Shown one piece after another: positions 31,272-40,989 of a DNA stretch of 64,000 bases. A program made the position numbers and the translations under genes. The first letter of the stretch is position 1, and each line of letters opens with the position of its first letter. This DNA is from Candidatus Omnitrophota bacterium (GTDB lineage Bacteria > Omnitrophota > Gorgyraeia > Gygaellales > Profunditerraquicolaceae), in contig JBAZKL010000003.1 in assembly GCA_041650835.1 (NCBI GenBank), forward strand, positions 99,682 to 163,681, in the 5' to 3' direction. The notes under the pieces are model-generated. The model was not told the origin of the DNA. It saw only the letters and a program-made list of their open reading frames with translations, and did no database searches.

Positions 31272-32552
31272 TTAAAATTTCTCTTTATCATCCCACTTTA
31301 CCGGATTATCCTTCTTGGTAGGTGCGACTTTTTCTCCAGGCACTTCGTCAATGATCTTAACCAGGTCCCATTCACCGTTCATTTCGGAGGCTGCTTTTCC
31401 TTCGAGGATCAATGTTGAAGTCATCGCCTGATGATCCCAGTCTCTCCAGGATTCTTCACCCTTAAGGACCGTGAACTTATGCCCTTCAAGCGCTTTAATC
31501 ACGGCCTTAGCGTCGATAGATCCCGCTCTTTTAACCGCGTCGGTATATTCCATAATAGCTACCCAGGCAGCAGCAGCAGCATTGCCGGGATATGTTCCAT
31601 AGCGCGCTTTAAATTTCTCGACAAAAGTCTTAGATCCGGGATATTTATCCTGTAACTGCCATTCCCACGGGGAAGTACAGATAACCCCTTCCATCGCTTC
31701 CGGCCCGGAACCTTTTGCCATATAAAGCTCCATCAACGGAACAACGATCTTTAAATCTTTTTTAACACCCATCGCTGTCGCTTGCTTTAAGGAGTTGATC
31801 ATATCTTTTCCAAACTGCACCAAAACCAATACGTCCGGTTTCGCAGCTTTAGCATCCAAAAGATATTTTACAAAGCTTTTCTCACCTAAAGGAGAACGTA
31901 CCGCGCCGATGGTCTGGCATCCGGCAGCTTCCAAAACTTGGCGGAAAGATTTTTCAACCGTATGGCCCCAGGTATAATCAGCGGTCACATAATAATATTT
32001 AGCGCTTTTTCCGAATTTGTTGATCAAATACTCGCTGGCCGCATGCGCGGACATCCACGCGTGATGATACCAACGGAATATATAGCGGTTGAGCGCCTGA
32101 TAAGTAGGCTCACCCGTCTTTGCGTCAATCTCATAACCGGTTGTCGCGTCTGAATGGCTCAAACACACCATAAAGATTTTGCCTTTTTCTTGCGCGACTT
32201 TCGCCTGCGCGACAGCTTCGCTGCTGGCAGAACCACCGGTCACCATAACCGCGTTATAAGTATCGTATAATTCAGCGGCGTTCTTCGCGGAAACCTGCGC
32301 GTTCGTTTCTGAATCTTTTTCCACATATACAACGCGCTTGCCTAATAATCCTCCGGCAGCGTTTACTTCATCAATGGCTAATTTATACGCTTTGAGCTCA
32401 TCAGCACCCTGATCAGAATAAGAACCGGTCAAAGGAACATTTATACCAATGGTTAAGGTATCTTCTTCAGCATGGCCGGCAGGAACAAATAAACTCATTC
32501 CCGATACCACCAGGCTTAACGCGAGTAAGAAAACAAGAACTTTTCCCTTCAT
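31272..32552 (-). CDS. Orphan periplasmic binding protein, type-I (LivJ/LivK-like branched-chain amino-acid binding family)
   Basis: 426 aa with a signal peptide. It shows GINVPLTGSYSDQGADELKAYKLAIDEVNAAGGLLGKRV, typical of Leu/Ile/Val-binding proteins. No permease or ATPase gene is adjacent. Confidence 0.8.
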   Translation of the reverse strand: MKGKVLVFLLALSLVVSGMSLFVPAGHAEEDTLTIGINVPLTGSYSDQGADELKAYKLAIDEVNAAGGLLGKRVVYVEKDSETNAQVSAKNAAELYDTYNAVMVTGGSASSEAVAQAKVAQEKGKIFMVCLSHSDATTGYEIDAKTGEPTYQALNRYIFRWYHHAWMSAHAASEYLINKFGKSAKYYYVTADYTWGHTVEKSFRQVLEAAGCQTIGAVRSPLGEKSFVKYLLDAKAAKPDVLVLVQFGKDMINSLKQATAMGVKKDLKIVVPLMELYMAKGSGPEAMEGVICTSPWEWQLQDKYPGSKTFVEKFKARYGTYPGNAAAAAWVAIMEYTDAVKRAGSIDAKAVIKALEGHKFTVLKGEESWRDWDHQAMTSTLILEGKAASEMNGEWDLVKIIDEVPGEKVAPTKKDNPVKWDDKEKF

Positions 32553-32571
32553 ACTACACCTCCTTAAATGA

Positions 32572-32612
32572 TAATAAAAAAAGCGAAAGTGACCTTTCTT
32601 TCGCTTTAAAAA
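32572..32612 (-). terminator. Rho-independent terminator (palindromic), downstream of the minus-strand outer-membrane protein gene
   Basis: The plus strand reads AAAAAAAGCGAAAGtgaccTTTCTTTCGCTTTAAAAAA. On the minus strand the stem is followed by a T-run. Confidence 0.5.
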
Positions 32613-32858
32613 ATGTTCCGCAAGAATAATGATGGGAATTTAGATTTTTCATTTGCATTAACTCTATAATAAAGATTTTAAATTTTTTGTCAAGATTTTT
32701 TTAATAAATCTTTACGCCTAACGATGAAAACTTAAAGACCCGATCTATCTCGACGATAAACTTCACCGCGAACATCGTCCTTCACAAACCATACAACACT
32801 GTTACGAAAGGGGGAGGATAATCACCTATCCTTCCCCTTTCGCTTAAGAATAATTACT

Positions 32859-34250
32859 TTAGAATTTCAGTTCGAGCTGCGTCCTTAAGAAACAGGCGTC
32901 ATCTGCGCTGGCCACATAAAAATCACCGGGATGGAAATATTCGCCCATCACAAGCGCCGAAAGATTCTTATTAAAGGTATAATCGAACTTCGCCTGAGTA
33001 AGCGTGCCTCTGTTCTTGCCCGTGCCGAAGGTATCACTCGTCGGGGCGATAGTCTCATTGGCTTTTAAATAATAGTACGCAAGGCTCAGCTTCGACTTTT
33101 TCGTCGGAGACAACAACAAACCGATCTTATACAATTGTAAGTTGGTCCAATAGCCGAGGGCACCCGCCTCGTTATTATACGTCAGATAATACAGTTCGGA
33201 ATAAACATCCGACATGATCGGCCAGCGGGAAAACAAAGGATTCCAGGATTCATTGGTAGATGAATCGCGGTCATCGCCTGACAAATACATATACCCGGCA
33301 TTGAGGACAGGAGAGAACATGACCTTTTTGAAATCCCGGGTAACGAACCCATACCCACCCATAGCCCTGCGGGCATCATCGCCGTACTTGCCGAACTGGG
33401 ACGCGAGCTGGCCTTTAAAAGTCCAAGGCGCGATAGTATATTTCGCGTAGGTGCCTACCGTACTTAAAGTACTCTTCCTGGCGCCCAACTTACTACCGAT
33501 ACCGCCCTCTTCGGCTTTGTAGATGTAATAATTCTCCAAATGCAGCTTCTTTGAAGGATCGCTCTTAAGATATGCGATAAAACCTTGTTCATCCCCGAGA
33601 TTAAGCTGCTGCTCTGCTCCCGTAGCTCCCGCGGGAAGCCCTTTACCGTCAAGGCGATTGATCACGGGTAATTTTTCATCAGTTGCGTCGTCAGAAAGAT
33701 AGATCAAATCAAGAGTATTCTTCTTATCGATCTTCCAAGAAGCCTTGATCGCGTCGAAATAGACCGTTCTCGATCCGTCTTGAGGAGTTCCGTCGGAGAT
33801 CAAGAAACCTTCTCCATACTGCCCGATAAGATCCTGGCGGCCGACTCTCACATCAACCGGTAATTCCCCGAAATTCTTAACGTCAAAATAAAGATTATCA
33901 AATACTACTTCATTAATATCGAAATGAAACCCTTTTTTCTTAGTTCCTGAAGCTTGGTGATAAAATGTATACGCCCTGTTCTCATTGGTCAACTTACCGT
34001 ACAAGGTAAGTTTCTTGGTAACATTCGCCTGCCCCCACAATGATGTCTTTATCCTGAAGAAATTACGGTTATCACTTGTCGGGGTAGCGCTTACCAAGCC
34101 ATTGGTCATATCATTCCAGTTTCTCCAAAATTCATGGCGTACGCGCAAATACGGCCCCCACTTGAATGTCACTTCAGCAAAAACAGGCGAAGCGACCATA
34201 ATACCTACCAGCGCAAAAGCAATAAGACAAAGCCAGTATTTCTTATTCAT
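32859..34250 (-). CDS. Outer-membrane beta-barrel protein (porin-like)
   Basis: 463 aa with a signal peptide (MNKKYWLCLIAFALVGIMVASPVFA). It has alternating amphipathic beta-strands rich in Y/G/T/N and a C-terminal aromatic residue (…LRTQLELKF). Confidence 0.55.
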   Translation of the reverse strand: MNKKYWLCLIAFALVGIMVASPVFAEVTFKWGPYLRVRHEFWRNWNDMTNGLVSATPTSDNRNFFRIKTSLWGQANVTKKLTLYGKLTNENRAYTFYHQASGTKKKGFHFDINEVVFDNLYFDVKNFGELPVDVRVGRQDLIGQYGEGFLISDGTPQDGSRTVYFDAIKASWKIDKKNTLDLIYLSDDATDEKLPVINRLDGKGLPAGATGAEQQLNLGDEQGFIAYLKSDPSKKLHLENYYIYKAEEGGIGSKLGARKSTLSTVGTYAKYTIAPWTFKGQLASQFGKYGDDARRAMGGYGFVTRDFKKVMFSPVLNAGYMYLSGDDRDSSTNESWNPLFSRWPIMSDVYSELYYLTYNNEAGALGYWTNLQLYKIGLLLSPTKKSKLSLAYYYLKANETIAPTSDTFGTGKNRGTLTQAKFDYTFNKNLSALVMGEYFHPGDFYVASADDACFLRTQLELKF

Positions 34251-34912
34251 TCCGCACCTCCTTATTGTTAGTCCACCTAAAAATTTGCATTACGAATTCC
34301 TGCTTGCCCGCTGTTCACCTAACAGGCCTTTAGACAGGAAAAAACGCTTTAATGAAGAATTGATTATTATACCAACCTGAAAAAGAGCGCAAATTTTAGG
34401 TTTCACCCTTACAATAACCCATCCCCCAGAGATCGGTTACAAAACACTAAAACAACACACAACTAATCAACAACCTATGTACAGCTTATCTACATCTTAT
34501 ATACATCTTTTCCACAGCTTATGCACTATTATATGCACAGGCCCTGTTTTGTCAAGTCTTTTTTTTAAGTTTTTTTTCATTAGCCCCCGAAGCAATAATC
34601 CTTCCTTACACCGACGGAGAGTCACCGTAAACAATATTAACGGTAATAATTCATAAATCTAAATGGAATAATTAGTTATGGAAATAACTCCGGATAGGAG
34701 GCCTAAGGAGGGAGGTTGGAAGGAGATGAAATAACATCAACCTATGGGGTTAAAATGATCATTAATGCGTTATAAATGACAGGCTTCCTATATATAGGTA
34801 GTTTTATGGTTAAAAGTGGCCCTAACTCAAGCAACAATCACTAACAGGTAGCTCAATTAGGGTACGGAGAAAGGTTAAGTAGTTGGATTATTTAACGTTA
34901 ATGATAAAGATT

Positions 34913-35037
34913 AAAGTCTAAAGAACAAAGGAAATTCAAAGACTAAATAACAAATTTTAAAATTACCTGACTGCAGACAGGAACCTTGAACCTTAAACCT
35001 TTAACCTTCCTTTGTTATTTAGCCTTTAGACTTTAAA
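34913..35037. repeat. Copy A of a ~125-nt hairpin-forming intergenic repeat element (REP/MITE-like)
   Basis: The imperfect inverted-repeat arms are AAAGTCTAAAGAACAAAGGAA (34914-34933) and TTCCTTTGTTATTTAGCCTTTAGACTTTAAA (35007-35037). The right arm matches copy B at 50700-50730 with 3-4 mismatches. Both copies contain AACCTTAAA between the arms. Confidence 0.5.
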
Positions 35038-35160
35038 CTTAACTTGTCATACCTAATTACCAATAATTAAGTCACAGGTCACAAAGAATCAGAAACTAGT
35101 GAATTAGAAGATCGAAAGGCTGGAAAGACGAGACTCTGGGGACTAAAAATCGAAGCTATA

Positions 35161-36834
35161 TTATACTGTTTTGTCCTGTAATTTAAACTTTTGTACCGTT
35201 TCCTTTAATTCTACGGCCAAACGGGCAACTTCCTGGCTCGAAGCGGCAACTTCCTGCATGGAAGCAGTTTGCTCCTGGGTATTCGCCGAAACATGCTCTA
35301 TCGCGGTTGCCGACTCTTTAGCTATCTGCGTAACTTCGCTTATTACCTTTACCATGCCCTCTATCTCAGCAACACTATCCTGGCCGGTAGAAGCAATATG
35401 GTTAACAAATACGGTAGCCTCCTGGGCAACCTTATTAATCTCCCCCAAAACCTCAGTTATTTTAGCTACCTGGGCCCGGCCGCCCTGGACTTCTTTTGAA
35501 CTGGCTTCAATGGAATTAACCGCGCGATTAGTTTCTTCCTGGATCAACGTGATCAGCCCCCCGATCTTACGCACAGCTTCAGCTGCGCCCTCAGCGAGCT
35601 TTCTAACTTCTTCGGCAACTACCGCGAAGCCTCTCCCCGCGTCTCCAGCCCTGGCGGCCTCAATTGCCGCGTTAAGCGCCAAAAGATTGGTCTGATCCGC
35701 GATAGAAGTGATAGTCTCGGTGATCTCTCCTATCTGCTGCGAAGTCTTGCCAAGCCCCTGAACAACAGAAGTTGTCTCTAAGACCGTATTTGTCAAATGG
35801 CTTATTCTTTCTACAGTTTCCAAAGCTGCGATACGCGCGCTTTCCGCGCAAGCCGTTGTCTGGCCAACCGCCCTATGCGCCATTTGAGCATCTTTAACCA
35901 CATCCTTAAGATTATCAGCTGCCCGGCCCATAGCTTCAAATACCCCATTGATCTGCTTTGCCTGAGTATTGGCGCCTTTACTTACCTGCGCCACGGAATA
36001 AGCGACTTCTTGCGTTGAAGAACTCATTTCCTGAATAGTATGCGTCGTCTCTTGTAAAGAAAACGCCACCTTATCGGCAATTCCGCTGATCTGAGCGATC
36101 ATGTCGCGTAACCCTTGAGACATCTTAGAGAATGCTTTCGACAACTCCAGCATCTCATCATCGCCCTTCATCTCGATCGCCCCCAAAGAAAGATCACCGG
36201 AAGAGATTTTCTTAGCAATAAGCATAAATGCCGACAAGGGCCGTAAAACATGCTTTTCCAGGAAAAGGCTGTACAGTACACCCCCGCCGACCAAGACTAA
36301 GACGCATAAAAAAACCGCCAGCATGATAATGCCGTTAACATCCGCGATGATATACTTATCCGTAATTCCCACCCTCAAGATACCAACGGCCTGAGTGCCT
36401 GACATAACAGGAATAACCGCCTCGAAAACACTCCCATAGCCGGGCCGCTTAAGGATAAACTGGCTTTTTGCCTTAAGACAGCGCTTCTCATCCGCTGTTT
36501 TGTTCAGGTATTTTCCCTCCAGGTCCCGGCGCGTGGAAACCAACACCAACCCTTCTTTCTCAAGAAGGATAATATACTCAATATCGAAATTCCTGCCCCG
36601 GGCATCTTCGAATAAACGGGAAATCCGGTCTATCGCGCCGGATTCTAAAAGGTCCCTGCATGAAAGCGCAAGGCTTGACGCCATGTTCTCAGCCGCTAAC
36701 TGCTGCATCGAAAAAAGCTGGGCGCGCATTCTATAGCCGACAACCGACAGCACTATGGCAGTTACCAGGGAAACAACCCCGAGAAAATAAACCATCATTT
36801 TCAATTTCATCCGGGAGCTATTCGCGAGATCCAT
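35161..36834 (-). CDS. Methyl-accepting chemotaxis protein
   Basis: 557 aa with two TMs flanking a ~150 aa periplasmic domain, a HAMP domain, and the signalling hairpin [38 protein letters not shown]. Confidence 0.9.
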   Translation of the reverse strand: MDLANSSRMKLKMMVYFLGVVSLVTAIVLSVVGYRMRAQLFSMQQLAAENMASSLALSCRDLLESGAIDRISRLFEDARGRNFDIEYIILLEKEGLVLVSTRRDLEGKYLNKTADEKRCLKAKSQFILKRPGYGSVFEAVIPVMSGTQAVGILRVGITDKYIIADVNGIIMLAVFLCVLVLVGGGVLYSLFLEKHVLRPLSAFMLIAKKISSGDLSLGAIEMKGDDEMLELSKAFSKMSQGLRDMIAQISGIADKVAFSLQETTHTIQEMSSSTQEVAYSVAQVSKGANTQAKQINGVFEAMGRAADNLKDVVKDAQMAHRAVGQTTACAESARIAALETVERISHLTNTVLETTSVVQGLGKTSQQIGEITETITSIADQTNLLALNAAIEAARAGDAGRGFAVVAEEVRKLAEGAAEAVRKIGGLITLIQEETNRAVNSIEASSKEVQGGRAQVAKITEVLGEINKVAQEATVFVNHIASTGQDSVAEIEGMVKVISEVTQIAKESATAIEHVSANTQEQTASMQEVAASSQEVARLAVELKETVQKFKLQDKTV

Positions 36835-36979
36835 ATACCCTCTGAAGCTGTTGAGAATTTAACGAACGGTTACTGATCTTGTATTGAATAAACAGCAAAA
36901 ACTGCTTTCGCTTGATAAAAAAGGCTGGAACAAATCAAAAACCCTGAAGACATCCTTCGATAAGGCAGGCAGGCGAAGC

Positions 36980-37504
36980 TTAACTTTCTTTTTCTTTACC
37001 TTCTTTCAGCACAGACGCGGAGGAGCCCTTCACCCGCTCAACATGCTGCACTTCTTCGGGGCTCAAGACGCTCTTAAGGTCTAAAAGGATCAAAAGCCTG
37101 TCTTTTAATTTCCCGACCCCCCAGATATAATGTTCAGGGATCTCCGTCATAACCAGCGACGGGACGTCTTCAACATATTCTGAAGATAACCGCAACACTT
37201 CTGAAACCGAATCCACGATCATGCCCACGGTGTTATCGCCGAATTCCACGATAACGATACGGGTGCGCTCCCCGCGTTCTTTAGCGGTAATACCCAATCT
37301 TTTCGCCAAATCAATAACAGCGACTACCTGGCCGCGCAAATTAACGACACCTTCGATAAAAACAGGAGCCTTGGGTAAATAGGTGATTTGCAGCAACCGG
37401 ACAATTTCCCTTACCTGGCTTATATCAACACCAAACTCTTCTTCCCCGATCGTGAAAACAACCAACTGGTATTCTTTTAATTTACTTTCAGCCATGAGGA
37501 TCAC
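36980..37504 (-). CDS. cheW: Chemotaxis coupling protein CheW
   Basis: 174 aa with a CheW-like SH3-type domain (EYQLVVFTIGEEEFGVDISQVREIV...). Confidence 0.9.
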   Translation of the reverse strand: MILMAESKLKEYQLVVFTIGEEEFGVDISQVREIVRLLQITYLPKAPVFIEGVVNLRGQVVAVIDLAKRLGITAKERGERTRIVIVEFGDNTVGMIVDSVSEVLRLSSEYVEDVPSLVMTEIPEHYIWGVGKLKDRLLILLDLKSVLSPEEVQHVERVKGSSASVLKEGKEKES

Positions 37505-37531
37505 CCCCTGTTATGAACTGCCCGGAAATAA

Positions 37532-38143
37532 CTATTCTTTTAATCCTAATAAATCAAATATTTTCAACAATGAGTCCGTTGACGGGAACAACAAAAACAA
37601 GCCTTCGAGATTCAACCCCTTAACTTTCATATCGGTCTTGATCACAATCGCCTCTTCCGAATACTGCGCGATCTGTATAAAAATAAAATCCAGGATAGCA
37701 CCCACCATATCCATCGCTAACGAAGGGATAGAAGTAAGGATGTTTTGGTGGACCATGTCGGCCAAAGCGGATAAATACGACCCGCCTAAGATATTCGCTG
37801 ATTCTTTTAAAGAGGACTGGAACAAGGAATCGTTAAAATCGATCTGGTCTTTAGGCAAACCCAGAAGGCTGCTGGATAAAAGCCGCGCGTCATTCGGAGA
37901 AAACAATAAAAATATCCTCCCGTAAATATCCCCCTTGATCTCCATATCTAAAACAAAAAATAACCGGTCCATTTCCCCTAATAATTTATAAATCTGCTCC
38001 AAGGGAACCATGGTAACTTCAGGGACGTTGATCTCGACTTTCTCAGCGACCAGATCGGCCAAGGCAGTAGCGGCATTGGCAGCGCCGATAGTGCCGATCT
38101 CTCTTATCAGATCCATCTGAGCTAAAGAAAACTTTTTATCCAT
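37532..38143 (-). CDS. cheC: CheC-family phosphatase
   Basis: 203 aa. Repeat 1 is DLIREIGTIGAANAATALADL, with N replaced by T. Repeat 2 is SLKESANILGGSYLSALADM, with E..N retained. Confidence 0.75.
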   Translation of the reverse strand: MDKKFSLAQMDLIREIGTIGAANAATALADLVAEKVEINVPEVTMVPLEQIYKLLGEMDRLFFVLDMEIKGDIYGRIFLLFSPNDARLLSSSLLGLPKDQIDFNDSLFQSSLKESANILGGSYLSALADMVHQNILTSIPSLAMDMVGAILDFIFIQIAQYSEEAIVIKTDMKVKGLNLEGLFLLFPSTDSLLKIFDLLGLKE

Positions 38144-38164
38144 GACCGATTCCTTTTTTATTAA

Positions 38165-39208
38165 CTATATTTTTTCTAATATCGCTTTCGCTATATCAAA
38201 AACAGGCAGCACCGCGTCAGACAAGCCGGCATCATAAATAACTTTCGGCATACCCCAGACAACCGATGTCTTCTCATCCTGGATAATTACCGTACCGCCT
38301 TTTTCTTTTATTTTCCTTACCCCTTCCAAAGCGTCCTTACCCATCCCCGTCAAGACTACCACGACAACATTCTTACAGTCATAATTCTCAACGACCGACA
38401 ACAGTGTCACATCCGCTGCAGGGCGGACAAAATTCACGAGAGGCCCCTGGTTCAATTTTATCCTTAAAACCCCTTTTTCATTTTCAATCCCCATATGGGA
38501 GCCGGCAGGCGCGACAAAAGCTTTTCCAGCGACAAGAATATCGCCCTCCTCAGCCTCTTTAGCCTTGATCTTTGACTGCCAGGAGATCCTTTCAGCAAAG
38601 CTTAAGGTAAATCCCAGCGGCATATGCTGGATTATCAAAAAAGACGCGGGGACATTCGCGGGGATATCCCGCATAACATCTAACACCGCTTTCGGGCCGC
38701 CCGTTGAAGCCGCTATCAAAACCAGCTTCTTAAAGGCGATCGGTTTTACCTCCGCGCCAAAAGTATCTGCTTTAAATTGTTCTTTTGAAGAGACCTTCGT
38801 CACCTCAACCTTAGCCGCTAATTTTATTTTCGCGATAATCTCATCTTTAAGCTTATTGATATCTAAAGAAATCTCGCCTGATGGCTTGGCAACAAAATCA
38901 ACCGCCCCTAACTCCAGCGCCCGCAATGTCGCGGTCGCGCCCGCGCGGGTATACGCGGAGATCATGACAACGCGCGATGGCTGTTTTTTCATTACTTCTT
39001 CAAGGACGCTTAACCCATCCAGCAAAGGCAAGTTTATATCCAAAGTGATCACGTCGGGCTTGAACTCGTATATTTTTTCCAAAGCCTCTTTACCGTCTTT
39101 CGCTTTACCGATTATTTCCAAAGCCGGATCGCTCTCAATAATATCGGAAATGATCTGGCGCATCAAGAATGAATCGTCAACGATTAAAACACGTATTTTA
39201 TTTTCCAT
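38165..39208 (-). CDS. cheB: Chemotaxis methylesterase CheB (REC plus methylesterase)
   Basis: 347 aa. It has an N-terminal receiver domain (VLIVDDS...DVITLDINLP) and a C-terminal catalytic domain (ASTGGPKAV, IIQHMPLGFT). Confidence 0.9.
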   Translation of the reverse strand: MENKIRVLIVDDSFLMRQIISDIIESDPALEIIGKAKDGKEALEKIYEFKPDVITLDINLPLLDGLSVLEEVMKKQPSRVVMISAYTRAGATATLRALELGAVDFVAKPSGEISLDINKLKDEIIAKIKLAAKVEVTKVSSKEQFKADTFGAEVKPIAFKKLVLIAASTGGPKAVLDVMRDIPANVPASFLIIQHMPLGFTLSFAERISWQSKIKAKEAEEGDILVAGKAFVAPAGSHMGIENEKGVLRIKLNQGPLVNFVRPAADVTLLSVVENYDCKNVVVVVLTGMGKDALEGVRKIKEKGGTVIIQDEKTSVVWGMPKVIYDAGLSDAVLPVFDIAKAILEKI

Positions 39209-39696
39209 TATACTTCTTTCTCTCCCCAGGAAACCGTTTTAACCAGGACCTTACCGTCATCCAAATTAAGCTCGATCGTTCTCCCGAAACTACCGCCCGT
39301 TTCCTGGACATCGACCTTCATATCTAAAGCCTTAAGCGTGATCATGGCAACTTCAAGGTTCTTTTGGCCGACATTAAGGATACTATCGGAAGCAATAAAA
39401 CCGAACATATGCGCTCCGCCGAAAAGCTTGGTAACAATTGAGCTGCGCGACACGCCCCGCTTCTCCATTTCTTCGACCATCTTCGTAAGAGCGGAGTTGA
39501 CAAACCGGCTGGGATTTGATTTAATCTTGGCTTTCTCGATATCAGGGAGCATCGGATGCGCCATCACGCCGATCTTCTTTGACGGGTCATACATAGTGAT
39601 ACCTAAACAGGAGCCAAGCCCCCGGGTGATCAATCGTGCAGGGGCTTCGGATATTTCCATTTGAGCCATATTTACTTCAATGGTTTTTGCTTCCAT
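39208..39696 (-). CDS. cheD: Chemoreceptor glutamine deamidase CheD
   Basis: 162 aa with GLGSCLGITMYD and GVMAHPMLP motifs. Confidence 0.85.
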   Translation of the reverse strand: MEAKTIEVNMAQMEISEAPARLITRGLGSCLGITMYDPSKKIGVMAHPMLPDIEKAKIKSNPSRFVNSALTKMVEEMEKRGVSRSSIVTKLFGGAHMFGFIASDSILNVGQKNLEVAMITLKALDMKVDVQETGGSFGRTIELNLDDGKVLVKTVSWGEKEV

Positions 39697-39709
39697 GATA
39701 ATCGTACCC

Positions 39710-40081
39710 CTATCCTCCTATAACTCTTTTTAATGCCTCCACGACGCGTGAAGGTTGAAAAGGTTTTGTTACAAAATCCTTGGCACCTGCCTGAATAGCT
39801 TCAACAACCAAGGAATGCTGCCCCATAGCCGAAACCATGATGATCTTCGCCTGCGAATCCACTTTCATGATTTCCTTGACCGCGCCAATACCGTCGATCT
39901 CTTCAACCTTCGGCATGACAATATCCATCGTGACTAAGTCGGGTTTAAGCTGCTGATATTTATCGATCGCATCTTTGCCGTTCTCAGCCTCACCGCAAAT
40001 CTCTATACCTTCCTTCTTGAGAATATCGGAAAGCATCCGACGCATGAACAACGCATCATCAACAATTAATACCCGTGCCAT
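39710..40081 (-). CDS. cheY: Chemotaxis response regulator CheY
   Basis: 123 aa single-domain receiver (LIVDDALFMRRML, DLVTMDIVMP, SAMGQ, KDFVTKPF). Confidence 0.9.
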   Translation of the reverse strand: MARVLIVDDALFMRRMLSDILKKEGIEICGEAENGKDAIDKYQQLKPDLVTMDIVMPKVEEIDGIGAVKEIMKVDSQAKIIMVSAMGQHSLVVEAIQAGAKDFVTKPFQPSRVVEALKRVIGG

Positions 40082-40136
40082 CTGCTACCTCCTTTGTATT
40101 TTTGAATCAGGCCTTCTTTAAAGTCCCGGAATACAT

Positions 40137-40982
40137 TTATCCGATTTTCTGGTAAATCTTATTCTTATTGCCCGGTTCTGCCGCCGTGAATAAATCTTTT
40201 TGCCAAACATTTTCCACTTTGCCGACGGTCAAATACCCTTTCGCGTTAAGCGAGCTATAGAACTTCCGGGTAAATTCCTCCTGCTGTTGGCGGGTGAGGT
40301 AAATCATAATGTTCCGGCAGCAAACCAGGTCCATGAACTGCAAATACGGTTCGGTTATCAAATTGTGCTGCTGGAACTTCACCATCCCCTTTATTTCGTC
40401 TTTCAATTTGTAAACGTTATTATAAACTGGTATGAAATATTTATCAAGCGTTTTCTTATCTAACTTTTTTAACTCGATAGCCTTATATTCGGCTTTCGCC
40501 GCTTTATCCAATGCTTCCCGGTCCATATCGGTAGCGATGATCCTGAGGGAATAATCCCCCCGGCTGGCCAATTCTTCTTTCAGCATGATCGCCAGGGAAT
40601 ACGGCTCTTCTCCGGTCGCGCACGCCGCGGACCAAACCCGCAGCACCCGGTTATTCATTTCGGCCTTACGCTTGAGGATGTCCGGGATCACAACGCTGCG
40701 CATTGCCTGGAAAACTTCTATATCGCGGAAGAACTCGGTAACATTAACGCCAAGGGTATTCAATAAAAACCCGAATTCTTCGGGGGTCTTTCGGATATAC
40801 CCCTCATAATCCACATACCGCTCCAGCTTCAGATTCGACATACGCACGCGCAAGCGCCGCAAAACAAAACTCTTACGATACGAGCTTAAGTCGATACCCT
40901 TTTGTTGCCGGATATAAGCAAGGAGCGACAAAAATCCCGGATCTTTTAAATATTCCGCTTCCTGGGGATCCTGCATATTCAT
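40137..40982 (-). CDS. cheR: Chemotaxis methyltransferase CheR
   Basis: 281 aa with a CheR N-terminal helical domain and a SAM-binding domain (RVWSAACATGEEPYSLAIML). Confidence 0.9.
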   Translation of the reverse strand: MNMQDPQEAEYLKDPGFLSLLAYIRQQKGIDLSSYRKSFVLRRLRVRMSNLKLERYVDYEGYIRKTPEEFGFLLNTLGVNVTEFFRDIEVFQAMRSVVIPDILKRKAEMNNRVLRVWSAACATGEEPYSLAIMLKEELASRGDYSLRIIATDMDREALDKAAKAEYKAIELKKLDKKTLDKYFIPVYNNVYKLKDEIKGMVKFQQHNLITEPYLQFMDLVCCRNIMIYLTRQQQEEFTRKFYSSLNAKGYLTVGKVENVWQKDLFTAAEPGNKNKIYQKIG

Positions 40983-40989
40983 TCTATAA

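Noticed and set aside
34560-34700. Checked the long ORF-free region for tmRNA, RNase P RNA, SRP RNA and 6S RNA signatures.
   Set aside because: There is no tRNA-like 3' end or tag-peptide ORF. There are no GGAAAGTCCGG or AGGAAAG RNase P motifs in the proper context and no SRP domain-IV consensus. It is left as an unassigned candidate ncRNA region rather than a called gene.
35171-35695. 174-aa plus-strand ORF (Ala/Ser/Thr-rich) inside the MCP gene. Similar ORFs (27922..28320, 28738..29061 and others) sit inside the other MCP gene.
   Set aside because: Antisense ORFs of this kind are typical of GC-skewed Ala/Glu-rich MCP coding sequence. They have no start context or motifs and are fully nested.
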